From Dictyostelium discoideum (taxonomy: Eukaryota), in the NCBI GenBank assembly GCA_000004695.1, contig CM000154.2:384001-448000 (forward strand): a DNA stretch of 64,000 nucleotides, given 5' to 3'. Below, piece after piece: positions 40,746-56,337 of the stretch (position 1 is the first letter of the stretch; each line of letters opens with the position of its first letter). The translations under genes and the position numbers were made by a program. The notes below the pieces were generated by a model that ran no database searches, was not told the DNA's origin, and saw nothing but the letters and a program-made list of their open reading frames with translations.

Positions 40746-41132
40746 CTTAAATATACAAAAAAAAAATAAAAAAATAAAAAAATAAAAAAAATAAAAAAAA
40801 AAAAATAGAATGAAATGAAATAAAATAAAATAAAAAAAAGAAATACAGAATTTCTTTAAAGAAACTTATTTCGAAATTGTTTAAACAATCATACAGTTTA
40901 AAATTAAATAAATTGTTTTAAACCACCACTTTTTTTGAACACATGAAAATAAATAAGAAATAAAAATAAAAAGATAAAAAAAGATTTTTTTTTTTTTTTT
41001 ATTTTATAATTATTCTTGTCATCAGTATTGTTACTGTAATTAATCCCATGAGTTTTTTTTTATTATTTTTAATTCTTTTATATTTGAGATGATTATTAAT
41101 TAAATGACTTTGAGTTTTTTTTTTATTTTTCT

Positions 41133-41311
41133 ATGCCCAAAATTACCATATTAATTTCGGCAGCCATATTAATTTCAGCCTAAAATAGTTGGTCTGTGCA
41201 TGCCAAAATTAATATGGCTGCTGAAATTAATGTGGTAATTCTAGCAGACATAAGTCCCATGCCAAAATTACCATATTAATTTCAGCAGCCATATTAATTT
41301 TGGCATGGGAC
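41133..41311. repeat. MITE-like composite inverted/direct repeat element, about 180 bp (thug-S-like candidate)
   Basis: R1 cccaaaattaccatattaatttcggcagccatattaatttcagc (41138-41179). R2 gccaaaattaatatggctgctgaaattaatgtggtaattc (41201-41240) is the near-perfect reverse complement of R1. R3 gccaaaattaccatattaatttcagcagccatattaattttggc (41264-41305) is a direct copy of R1 whose own ends are palindromic (gccaaaatta/taattttggc). Outer ends atgcccaaaatt...aattttggcatgggac form short terminal inverted repeats. GC content well above the flanking poly-A/T DNA. Confidence 0.35.
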
Positions 41312-41798
41312 AATTGATGAAAAAAAAAAAAAAAAAAACAGAACTTCAAAAATATTTAAATCAAAGCAAAAAATAAATAATAATAAAAAAAAAAATTTGT
41401 TATAAAAATATGATTAAATTTCAAAAAATAATGATAATAAAAAAAAAATTAAAGAGAAACTCATATATAAAACAGATTCAAATTATCGAATAAACTTTTT
41501 TTTAAATTAAAAATAAAAATAAACATAATCTTTTATTTGCTTAAAAAAATAATATAAAAAAAAAAAAAAAAATAATTATTAAATAAAAAAAAGAATGGTT
41601 TTTTAAATGTCTTTATTTTCACTTTTTTATTTTTTTTATTTTATTATTTATTTTATTTTATTTTATTTTATTATTTATTTTATTATTTAATTTATTATTT
41701 ATTTTATTTCATTCCATTTCATTTCATTTTAATTTATTTTTATTTCTTTTTTTAAAATTTGATTCAAGTGAATTATCTTTGGAATGATTGAAGTCCTG

Positions 41799-41839
<41 letters not shown>

Positions 41840-41913
41840 AAAAAAAAAAAGAACTGAAAAATCAGATTTTTTTATTTATATTTTGTGAAACTGCAATTTT
41901 AAAATCTAAATTC

Positions 41914-41954
<41 letters not shown>

Positions 41955-42002
41955 GTGCAGAAGCGATAAAAAAAAAAAATAAAAAAAAAATAATATCCCC
42001 AT

Positions 42003-42033
<31 letters not shown>

Positions 42034-42869
42034 AGTAATTTTGGTTGAAATATTTAAAAAATTTTAGATATTTTTATTTTGGTTGGAAAAATAGAAAAAA
42101 AAAAAAATTATTTAAAACTCATTGTGCAACAACTATTTTAATCAAGATCCATCTCCCCAAATTATCGACAATTTCTTTTCTTTTCTTTTTTTATCGTAAA
42201 TTTTTTTTTAAAAATAGCAACATATTTTTTATAAAAAAAAAAAAGAAAAAAAAAAAGAAAAATAAATACCAAACTTTTTCTTAATTCCCAAGGCTTTATT
42301 TTTGCCTAAATCATTTGTTTTATAATATTTGCAGGCCAGTCCAACTGACCAATGAAATTAAAATATTTTTTCTGAAAATATGATTAGATTTCTAAAAAAA
42401 AAAAAAATGTTTAAAAATTGTTTGTTCACTTTCAAAATAAAATCTTTTTCAACCACGTTTTTTATTTTATTTAATTTTTTTTTTATAAACAAAATTTTCT
42501 CCAATTCTCAAGAACAATGTGGTTGTGATTGGATATTTTCCACCCAAATGCATGATGGCTTTCTGAAAGTCTTGCATATTTATAAAAAACAGACAAAAAT
42601 TTGGGTTAAAATTTGAGCAAATTAGAATTTCAAATAATAAAATAGAGCCAATAAAAAAATAGTATGGCGTCTATAGAAGCCCTCAAAATATGTGGACATA
42701 CCAAAAAGGGAAATTTTTTACTATAGAAAATAATTAATTTTAATTTTTTGTAAAATTTTTTTGTATAAAAATAATTTTTTTTTTTTTTTTTTTTTTTCAT
42801 TCCAAATTAAACTCAAGTATTTAAATAAATCAAATAAATCAAATAAATCAAATAAAAAATCAATTTAAA

Positions 42870-43091
42870 ATGAATCAAGTAAATAAAAAAAATAAAAAAA
42901 AATTATTTTCCAAACATTTTTATTTTTTTTTAAAATACTAATCACAATAATATTTTTTTTTTTTCTTTTTTTTTTTTCTCTTTTTTAAATTATAGAACTA
43001 TAGCACCAACACCACCATCAACAACAGCACTGAGGATCTCCACAACAATGACAATACTCACAACAATGAGAGTACCTACAATGAAGATGCC

Positions 43092-43180
<89 letters not shown>

Positions 43181-43627
43181 CGACGACGACAATCAAAACA
43201 ATAATTGCACAATGTGTCTTTCAGATAAAATGTGCTTTTCCTGTAAGATTATGAAAATTAGGCACGAAGCAGCTATCAAAATTTTTTATAATAGTTTAGG
43301 CTTAAGTCCGCCCCCTGCTGCCAATACTGGTTTTGCTAATGGTGGCACTGGCGTTGCCGATGACCATCCTGATGTTGAAAATTCCTCTGATATTTTTTAA
43401 ACGAATCGGCTGGTGTTGATAATCAACCCTCTACTGCCAATGAATATGATGATGATGATAGTTTCGATGGTGAATCCTATGTCTCTTTATCTGAATATGA
43501 TTCAGAAGATAGAAGGATGTTCATAGCCCAAGATGCTGAATATTATGCCAATGCTCCTTTTGAAGATCTACGAGGTGAGACCATTCATAAATGTCTTTTT
43601 AACCTTGATTCATATTTTGATTATTAT

Positions 43628-43685
<58 letters not shown>

Positions 43686-43786
43686 GAACTACCACTACAA
43701 CTACCACTACAACTACAACTTCATCGTCCAATAATTATAATAATAGTGATAGTGATAATGATGATGATGATATTAACAATAATTAA
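42870..43786 (+). CDS. Hypothetical Asn/Asp/Thr-rich protein with a Cys cluster (CTMCLSDKMCFSCKIM), two exons: join(42870..42878,42996..43786), with a frame break at the T6 run 43393-43398.
   Basis: 3-codon first exon ATGAATCAA followed by GTAAAT (42879). 117-bp intron. Acceptor ttaaattatAG (42994-42995). Exon 2 opens in frame 0 (NYSTNTTINNSTEDLHNNDNTHNNESTYNEDA(N)n...DHPDVENSSDIF). Frame 0 stops at 43398-43400 while frame 2 opens at 43391. Reading T7 instead of T6 makes one continuous ORF through ...FLNESAGVDNQPSTANEYDDDDSFDGESYVSLSEYDSEDRRMFIAQDAEYYANAPFEDLRGETIHKCLFNLDSYFDYYY(N)n(T)n...DDDDINNN*. Confidence 0.45.
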
Positions 43787-44198
43787 TATTATCCATAGTT
43801 GGAATAATAGTTTTAATGTAATTGATACCAAGATTGGTGGAAAGACTAATTGCCGATGAACTTTTCCAATCATCCTTTTTACACATAAAGAAAACTACTG
43901 GTTAAAAATTAATTTTAAAAAAAAAAAAAAATAAAAAAAAAATAAATAAATAAAAAAAAAATTAACTATAGAATTTTTTAAACATTTTGTTTTTATGATT
44001 TATTTATATTTATTTATTTTCAAAGTAATAATAATAATAATAATAATATTAAATAAATAAATGACATCTAATAAAAATATATAGGTATATCGAATATAAC
44101 TTTTCAATTTGTCACATTAATTTTGATCGTTTTTTATTTTTTTTTTTCCCACTTTTTTATTTTTTTTTTTTTTTATTTTTTCATTTTTATTTTTTAAA

Positions 44199-44233
<35 letters not shown>

Positions 44234-44286
44234 ATAATAATAATAATAACATTTTTTTTTAATTTAAAATTGTTTATTTTATAATT

Positions 44287-44482
44287 TTATTTACAAAAAA
44301 TTCCAATTGATAAAGATACACATAAAATAAAACTTAATTTTGCAGTTTTTAAGTCCCAATGTTTATAATTTCCATTTTTTGTATCCTTAAAAATATTATA
44401 TAAAGAGGTAATTGTGATTATAGTTGGTAAATTTAAATAAATATTATTATAAATAATTGATAATATAAATAAATAAAAATAA

Positions 44483-44527
<45 letters not shown>

Positions 44528-45322
44528 GACAAGAAATTCCCAATTAGTTTTTTTTTTTTTATTTTTTTTTTTTTATAATTAAATATATACATACAAAAAA
44601 TAAATTGAAAAATAAATTGAATATGATAAATTTTCACCTATTATTATTGGAATTGTAATTATATTTGATATTTTATCATTTTTTAAATCTCTAATATTAT
44701 TGGAAAAGATAATGGTGCAACAAGAGATAGTTAAGATCATTGAATAATTAAAAATTTCATTAAAATAATCTTTAAATAATTGTATATTTTGAAAATAAAT
44801 TGGAAATGGAACAATTGAAAACAAATTGAAAGATGCACTAATTTCGCCCAATGCTCTATATTTAAATGATATTGGTGGAGCTGTATAGAAATGTGATATA
44901 AATGATATAGTAATTGTAATTGGTAAAACATGGTAAATGGTTTCATTGAATTGTAAATTACAATTAACTAATAAAGTAATCAATGAAATTAAAACACCCA
45001 AATAGGTAATTTTAATAAAAAATTCTATATCATTTAGTGTTATTTTAATTGAATTTTGAAATAATGTTCTATCAGCTGACGTTTCTTTTTTATCCAATCC
45101 ATTTATAAAATCATAATAGGTATTTACTAAATTTGAAATATTATTTAAAAAATATAATACTAAAAAACTTAAACAAAATCTAAAAATATTGAATCCATTA
45201 CCCAAATTTACTTCATTTTTTATGAAAAATGATAAACTTATTAAACTTCCTGATATAAGAAATGATGTTGACCAAATTCTTGTTGAATTAATATATTTAT
45301 AGATAAAATATGATAATTCCAT
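44287..45322 (-). CDS. UbiA-family prenyltransferase, UBIAD1/MenA-like (1,4-dihydroxy-2-naphthoate polyprenyltransferase), two exons: complement(join(44287..44485,44595..45322)), 308 aa.
   Basis: ...[34 protein letters not shown] matches UBIAD1 [30 protein letters not shown]. The track ORF ends LYVYI*, but a GTATGT donor (RC at 44589-44594), a 109-bp intron consisting largely of an approx. 34-nt A run, and an aaaaAG acceptor join in phase to ...IYFYLFILSIIYNNIYLNLPTIITITSLYNIFKDTKNGNYKHWDLKTAKLSFILCVSLSIGIFCK*. That tail aligns with the UBIAD1 C-terminus (LPLLTIPMAFSLE...[22 protein letters not shown]). Confidence 0.75.
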
Positions 45323-45536
45323 TTTAAAATAAAAAAAATAAATAAAAAAAAAAAAGAAAAAAAAAAAAGAAAAGATAATAAATAAATAAATAAAAAATAA
45401 ACTTTATAGTTTTTTTTTTTTTTTTTTTTTTTAAAAAAATAAAATATTTTTTTTTTTTTTTTAAAAAATTTCAATAATCCTTTAATTTAATTATGCCCAA
45501 TACAAAGGTTTTTGTTTAAAAACTGAAAAAAAAGGG

Positions 45537-45636
45537 NNNNNNNNNNNNNNNNNNNNNNNNNNNNNNNNNNNNNNNNNNNNNNNNNNNNNNNNNNNNNNNN
45601 NNNNNNNNNNNNNNNNNNNNNNNNNNNNNNNNNNNN
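45537..45636. other. Assembly gap (100 N)
   Basis: Run of n characters 45537-45636, about 215 bp upstream of the UBIAD1 start codon. Confidence 1.
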
Positions 45637-46173
45637 AAAAAAAAAACAAAAAAAAAAAATTTAAAAAAAAAAAAAAAAATTGTCCATAAATCTAAAAATT
45701 TCCAGCGGTGTTATTTTTTATTTTTTTTTTTTTACTTACATTGAATACACCATTGTGCACTAACCATAACTAAAACTCTTGATGTATTTCTAATTTTTGT
45801 ATAGGTTTCTTCTGATGATTGTGGTTCGTAGATTGTCATTTTTTAATAAAGGTATATATATGCAGTTATTTATATAGTTATAAATATATTTTTTTTTTTT
45901 TATAATAGTGGTATAATTTTAAAATTGTGTTTTTTTTTTTTTTTTTTTTTTTTTTTAGGTTTAATAATAAACTTAAATTTAATGTGCGTTGTGTGTGTTT
46001 TTTTTTTTTTTTTTTTTTATTTTTATTTTATTTTTTTTTTTTTTAATTTTGATATAAAATTAGATTTATTATTTTTTTTTTATTTTTTATTTTTAATTTT
46101 TATTTTATCTATTTATAAAATTGTATAAATTTGACTAAAAAAAAAAAATAAAATAAAAAAAAAATTGATTTAT

Positions 46174-46206
<33 letters not shown>

Positions 46207-46308
46207 ATAATAAAAAAATAATAAAAAAAAAAATTTAAAAAAATTTAATTTAAAAAAAAAAAAAATTGGGTTCTAAATTTGGTATTTTTACCGTACCCCA
46301 CCAATTTT

Positions 46309-46348
<40 letters not shown>

Positions 46349-46826
46349 CCCAGAACACCCCCCCCATCAAATTTTACACCTAAAAATAGATGAGTGTGTG
46401 AGTGTGTGTATGTTTGGGTTTATATGTACATATATATTTTTAACCAAAAGAAAAAAAATAATTCATTGAACACACCCAAATAAGATGATTATAATCAAAA
46501 AGTTAATTTTTTTTGCCAATAACATATAAACTTGGGGGTTGGGATTATATATATTGAATCAAATAACATTTATTTTTTTTTATTTTTTTTTTTTTCCAAC
46601 TCAAAACTAAATAATTAAATTCAAATAAAAAAAAATAAAAAAAAAAAAATAATATGATATATATGTCAAAAATTAATGTCAGATATACAAAAAAAATATA
46701 TATATTAATAAAAAATAAAAATAAAAATAAAAAAAAAATTAAAAAAAAAAATAAAGAAAAAAATTAATTTTTTGATATTTTACAATTATCAATTGTTTAT
46801 TTTTATTTTTTTCCTTTTAAAGGTTT

Positions 46827-46866
<40 letters not shown>

Positions 46867-48033
46867 CCCACACACCAATTCAAATAATTTTCCGTTAAAA
46901 GATATATTTAATAACCCTTCAATCACACTTCTTTTTTTTTTTAGCATTTTAAATTTAAAAAAAAAAAATCCTTCATTCATGAATAAAATGTAAATATGAT
47001 CGATTTCCAAAACATCTTCAAAAAATAAAAATAAAAATTATAAAAAAGAATAAAAATTATTAATTAAATAAAAATTAAAAAGAAGAAAAAAAAAAAGAAA
47101 TTAAAATAAAATAAAATTAAAAAAAATTAAAAAAAAAAAACAAATAAATAAAAATTTTTTATCATTTATTTTTATTTCTTTGAAATTTATTTTTATTTAA
47201 TAATTAATAAAAAAAAAAATTAAAAAAAAAATAAATAAATAAATAAAAATAAAAAAAAAAAAAAAAAAAAGTGTTTATAGTATTTCTTTTCTTTCTTTTT
47301 TTTTATTAAATTATGAATTGATTACAAATAAATTTTTATTAAATAATTTAAAGCATCATATTAATTGCTCTTTGTGGTTTTTGTCCAAAGTTTTTTTTTT
47401 TTAACACATCAAAAATAAAAAAAAATATTCATTGAATAGCCAATAAAAGGATATAAAATGTTAATTTTCAAAATATTTGGTTGATTATATAAACAAAAAA
47501 AAAAATGTATTCATACTGGTACTTTTTTCTATTTTTTTCACCTTTTTGAGCATGGCAATTTACAAAATCTAATATTAGAACGGTAATTGTTTTTTTAAAA
47601 AAAAAAAAAATAAAAAAAAAAGTTTTATTTGAAATGGGGTTATTTTTGTGATCAAAAAGGTATTCTCAAAATTTTGATTTTATTTTATTTTATTTTATTA
47701 TTTATTTTTTTTAAATTTTTTTTTTTTTTTTTTAAAATTTTATTATTTAGAATTAAAATGTTGTTTTTTCCAGAGCAATATTTTTTTTATTTTTTAATTT
47801 GAATTATCAAAATTTAATAAAGAATTTTAATTTTAAATAGTGCAGTTATTGTTATTTTTTTTTGTTTTAAAAAAATAAAATTAATAAATCTAATAATAAA
47901 ATTGTATAAATTAAATGGTTGAAGGAGGTTATCTTTAGAAGAACTGATTCTGAAGTACAATTCTAGTGTTTCTTACAATTAAAGAAGAGATAACCTCAGG
48001 ATCATTAAAATTCTAGTTTATAAATCCTTTTAG

Positions 48034-48051
48034 GACAGGAGTCGAACCTGT
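48034..48051 (-). promoter_or_regulatory. External B-box (ex-B) 27 nt downstream of tRNA-Leu
   Basis: Minus strand reads ACAGGTTCGACTCCTGTC, a near-consensus B-box (GGTTCGANTCC) with flanking inverted bases, immediately 3' of the tRNA. This is the typical Dictyostelium ex-B arrangement. Confidence 0.5.
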
Positions 48052-48077
48052 AGTCTTTGGTGGCTCAAATAAATTAT

Positions 48078-48159
48078 TGTAAGCTAAGGGATTCGAACCC
48101 TTGTATCAATGATATTGCAGCCTTAATGCAACCCCTTAGACCAGCTCGGGCAAGCTTAC
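48078..48159 (-). tRNA. tRNA-Leu (anticodon AAG), class II with long variable arm
   Basis: Reverse complement GTAAGCTTGCCCGAGCTGGTCTAAGGGGTTGCATTAAGGCTGCAATATCATTGATACAAGGGTTCGAATCCCTTAGCTTACA. Acceptor GTAAGCT/AGCTTAC. Anticodon stem TTGCA/TGCAA with loop TTAAGGC (AAG). 12-nt variable arm. T-arm AAGGGTTCGAATCCCTT. Confidence 0.85.
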
Positions 48160-48194
48160 TTTTTGAAAATTTTGTAATCTCTAACGATATTAAT

Positions 48195-48358
48195 TTATCA
48201 ATTACGGAAAAAAAACAAACAACAACAACAATCTCTTTTTTTGATTATTTCATTTTTCATATAAAAAAGACTTAAAAAACAAATAAATAAATAAATAAAC
48301 TATTTTAAAAAGCCATCTTTTTACTTTATTGTAATTTATTATTTGAAATAGAAAAAAT

Positions 48359-48409
<51 letters not shown>

Positions 48410-48701
48410 GGAACCCAAGTTAATCAGAAAATTTCCAGATTTTTAACTTTTTAAAGAAAAATAAAAAAAATAGAAAGAAAATAAAATGAAAATCACAAAC
48501 AACACCACAAATATTAAGCAACACAAATGCCTACAAAAAATAAGCGAAATTGTGGATAAAACTCAATTAAAAAAAAAACAATTCAAATACGTCATAAACA
48601 TCAATCACGAACCAGACGATAAAATAAAAAAAGATTTAGAAAAAAGTTTGGACAAAAAAGATGTTTTAATCAAAAGTAATAATACAATTCAAAATTCGAA
48701 A

Positions 48702-48743
<42 letters not shown>

Positions 48744-49130
48744 TAAACCAACCCCTCTTTTAGAGACCCTGTAAAAAAAAATAAAATAAAATAAAATGAG
48801 ATCTAGCATCTCAAGGAGAAGCAAATAATAATTGCGTTATCCAATTCAAAAAAAAAATAATTTATCAATTACTATGACCCTGTAAAAAAAAAATTATTAT
48901 TATTTATCCCTGTAAAAAAAAAAAAAATAAAATGAGATCTAGCATCTCAAGGAGAAGCAAATAATAATTGCGTTATCCAATTCAAAAAAAAAAAATTTAT
49001 CAATTACTAAAAAAACAACAACAACAATCTCTTTTTTTGATTATTTCATTTTTCATAAAAAAGACTTAAAAAACAAATAAATAAACTATTTTAAAAAGCC
49101 ATCTTTTTACTTATTGTAATCTATTATTTG
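48195..49130. repeat. Composite direct-repeat structure beginning about 35 bp upstream of tRNA-Leu. Unit A (48195-48345), then about 420 bp of unique sequence including a K-rich small ORF (48486-48746), then about 135-bp unit B twice in tandem (48762-48872 and 48910-49008), then A' (48997-49130), about 90% identical to A. Possible tRNA-targeted element remnant or local duplication.
   Basis: A: ttatcaattacggaaaaaaaacaaacaacaacaacaatctctttttttgattatttcatttttcatataaaaaagacttaaaaaacaaataaataaa...ctattttaaaaagccatctttttactttattgtaatttattatttg. A' is the same with small indels. B/B': ccctgtaaaaaaa...ataaaatgagatctagcatctcaaggagaagcaaataataattgcgttatccaattcaaaaaaaa..tttatcaattac. The 12-mer tttatcaattac marks each junction (48190, 48861, 48996). 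Confidence 0.5.
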
Positions 49131-49922
49131 TTTCGTTTTGAAAATTTTGCCTCGCACAATCTGTCATCTTAAATTTTAATCTAATGCAATTTATATTTAT
49201 ATTTTAATTTATCTTTTATATTTACATTTCAATTTTAATCTTTTTATTTAAATACACTTTTTTTTAATAAAAATTTTTTATTTGGAAATGTCAATTTAAA
49301 TAAACAAAAAAAAATTAATTTTCCAATTTTTAATTTCCAAAAATACAAATAACAAAATGTTAAATATAGTACAACTTTCAATCAATTAAAGGTTTATCCA
49401 TTTATATTTATTAATAAAAAAAAAAAAAAATTTTGTAATTTTAAAATAGTTTCATTTTCATGGACTTTTTTTTTTTTTTTATGTTCACAGACTATTAATT
49501 AAAATAAAAAAGTAAATTTATTCTTTTTTATTTTTTTTAAATTTATTTAATTTTTATTTTTATTTTATTTTTATTTGAATTGTTGAGTAACCAGGGTTAC
49601 CCCTTATTTGAAAAAAAAAAAATAAAATAAAAAAAATGAATTTTTTTATTTATTTAATTTATTTTTTTTCTTATTAAATTATCATTTTTCTCCCAATTTA
49701 GTAAAAAAAAAAAAAATTAAATAAAAAAAAAAAAATTAAATAAAAAAAAAAAAAATTAAATAAAAAAAAAAAAAAAAAAAATAAATAAAAAAAAAATCAA
49801 ATTAAAATTTTTTTATCTCCATTAATTTTATTCATTATTAATATTTTTCTTATCTTTTATTAAAAAACAAATAGAAAAAAAAAAAAAAAAAAAAAAAGTT
49901 TTTAAAGAAAAAAAATAAAAAA

Positions 49923-50128
49923 ATGAAATTATTATTTTCAATTTTTATTATTTTTATTACTTTCAATGTAATAAAATCATTTGATATTGATTCAATTGAT
50001 CCATTACATTGGGAGTCTGATGAAGGATTTGATCATCATAAATGTTGGGGAAAAAATAAAAATTTTGGTTATTATACAGGTAAGTAAATATAAAAAAATA
50101 TATATATTTTATTTTTAAAATTTTACTA

Positions 50129-50161
<33 letters not shown>

Positions 50162-50939
50162 CTTTTATAAATTTAAAAATAGAATTTGCCTTATCTGCTT
50201 ATAATACATACTTTCCAACACCAAATGGTATCGAACCAGTTTCATTCTTTGAAGGAGGTGTAATTAGTGCAGATTTCAAATCTCAACAAATGTATGTCCA
50301 TTTTGGATTAGTTGCTGGTAATTCGACTGTTTGGGGTAAATATTGGGGATTTGGTTCAAATAGTACTGAATATGTTTTAATAAATGGTACATGCACTTCA
50401 AACAAATTATCATATCCATTCCCACCTTCTGTTCCAAAATTCAAGAAAGTTGGTGAAACTAAAATTGGTCAAATAGGTAAATTTTAATTATATAATTATT
50501 TTTATTATTTATTAATAGTTTATTATTATTATTATTATTTACTAATATTTTATTATTGTTTATTAATATTTTATTTTTAAAACTAGATGTTGATGTAGTT
50601 ATTATGAAACACCAAGAAAAGTATAATAACTATACCAGACAATGCACATTAATTCAAAAAGGTACTTGCACACCAATGTCAAATAATGTTGGTAATATTG
50701 ATAAATCAAACAAGGGTTTCACTTTAATGAATTTCTACAAATATGAAGGAAAAGCTCGTAAAGATAAATTCCAATTACCATCAGAATGTTATGGTGTTCA
50801 ACCAAGTGACTCAACTTCATCCTTTAGAATCAATACAAATAATGTTGCTCAAAATGTTCTTGGTCATAATGAAGATGAACCAAATAAAAAACAACAAAAA
50901 ACATTACCAAAATCAATTCCTTTCCATAATTTATTTTAG
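49923..50939 (+). CDS. Secreted hypothetical protein, three exons: join(49923..50079,50183..50476,50587..50939), 267 aa.
   Basis: Signal peptide MKLLFSIFIIFITFNVIKS. GTAAGT donor at 50080. Acceptor aaaaatAG at 50181-50182. GTAAAT donor at 50477. Acceptor aaactAG at 50585-50586. All phase 1, consistent. Cys-containing with several N-glycosylation sequons (NSTV, NSTE, NGTC). No family recognised. Confidence 0.55.
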
Positions 50940-51777
50940 TAGAAAATGAATAAATTAAAATTTTAATAAAAACCTATTTTTACATTGTGATTCACCAATT
51001 CTAATTGTTAATAATGATGTTGTATTTCTTAAATAACCAATTATATTTATTGTAACACCTTTTGAATTGATTCAATTAATAATTTGTGTTCTTCATATGT
51101 TAATCCTTTTGTTTGAGTATTACATTTACAATTACCACTATCATTTGTGTTTACATACAATAAATCTAATTCCACAACCAATATGTTGAATATCAGATAT
51201 ACAAATTACAGTATTACCATTACAAGTGCCATTTGGTGTGGAACAATCGAGTATAATTTATATTTGAATGCAAAGTACTTCTGAAAATGAAAGTAAACCT
51301 GATGATATTATAATATCTTTTATACCTTCATTTGCTCTCTTTTTGTGCATTGTAAAACTTTGAAAAATCAACAGTAAATATGAAAAAAAAAAATTTAAAA
51401 ATAAAAAAAAAAAAAATAAAAAAAAAAAAATCGAACTTTTTTGGAATAAAAAAATTGTTATAACTTTATATTATCTCTATTTTCAAATATAATTTAAAAA
51501 ATTTAAAAAATCTGGAAACTATGTATTTAATAGAGGATCTTTTTTTTTTTTTAAAAAATTTATTTATTTATTCATTTATTTATTTTATTATTTATGGTTC
51601 AAAAAAAAAATTTCTATGGAATTTTCGTGTCATAAAAAAAATTGATCGTTTTGATTTTTTTTTTTTTGATTTTTTTTTTTTATCATTTTTTCTTTTTCAT
51701 CTTTTGGCCATGGCTTGTCATAAATATTTATATTTTTTATTATCGTTGACCAAGTTTAACTCAATTTTTTTTAGAAG

Positions 51778-51808
<31 letters not shown>

Positions 51809-52284
51809 AGTAAATAGTTTATTTCATTTTCAATCCGATTACAATACTATTTTTTTTTTTTTTTTTTTTTTTTTTTAGATCTTCACCTTTGAAAGTTTGT
51901 TCAAAAAAATATATTTTTTTTTTACTATATGATTTGTCAGTGACCGAGGTAAATGTTAAAAAAAAAATTGGTTAAAAAAAAAAAATTGAAAAAAAAAGTG
52001 AAAAAAAAATATCTAAAAATTTGCGCGAAAAAATTAAATATGCTTTAAAGTAGCTTATTAAGTGTATTTATAAGTGTATTTAATAATTACATTTTTAATG
52101 TACTTTAAAGTAGCTTATTAAGTGTATTTTAAAGTATTTTCGGTTTTTTTTTTTTTTTACTTTTTTTTTTTTTTTTCAATTTTTTTTTCTTTTTTTTTTT
52201 TTTCTAGTTTTTTTTTGGTATAAAATGCACTAATTTTTTTTTTTTTTGTTATTTTTGTTTCTTTTTAGCCCAAAATGAAATAAA

Positions 52285-56337
<4,053 letters not shown>

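Noticed and set aside
48030-48060. Second partial tRNA next to tRNA-Leu (T-arm-like ACAGGTTCGACTCCTGT)
   Set aside because: There are no D or anticodon arms or acceptor stem. Its position and sequence fit the external B-box that accompanies dictyostelid tRNA genes.
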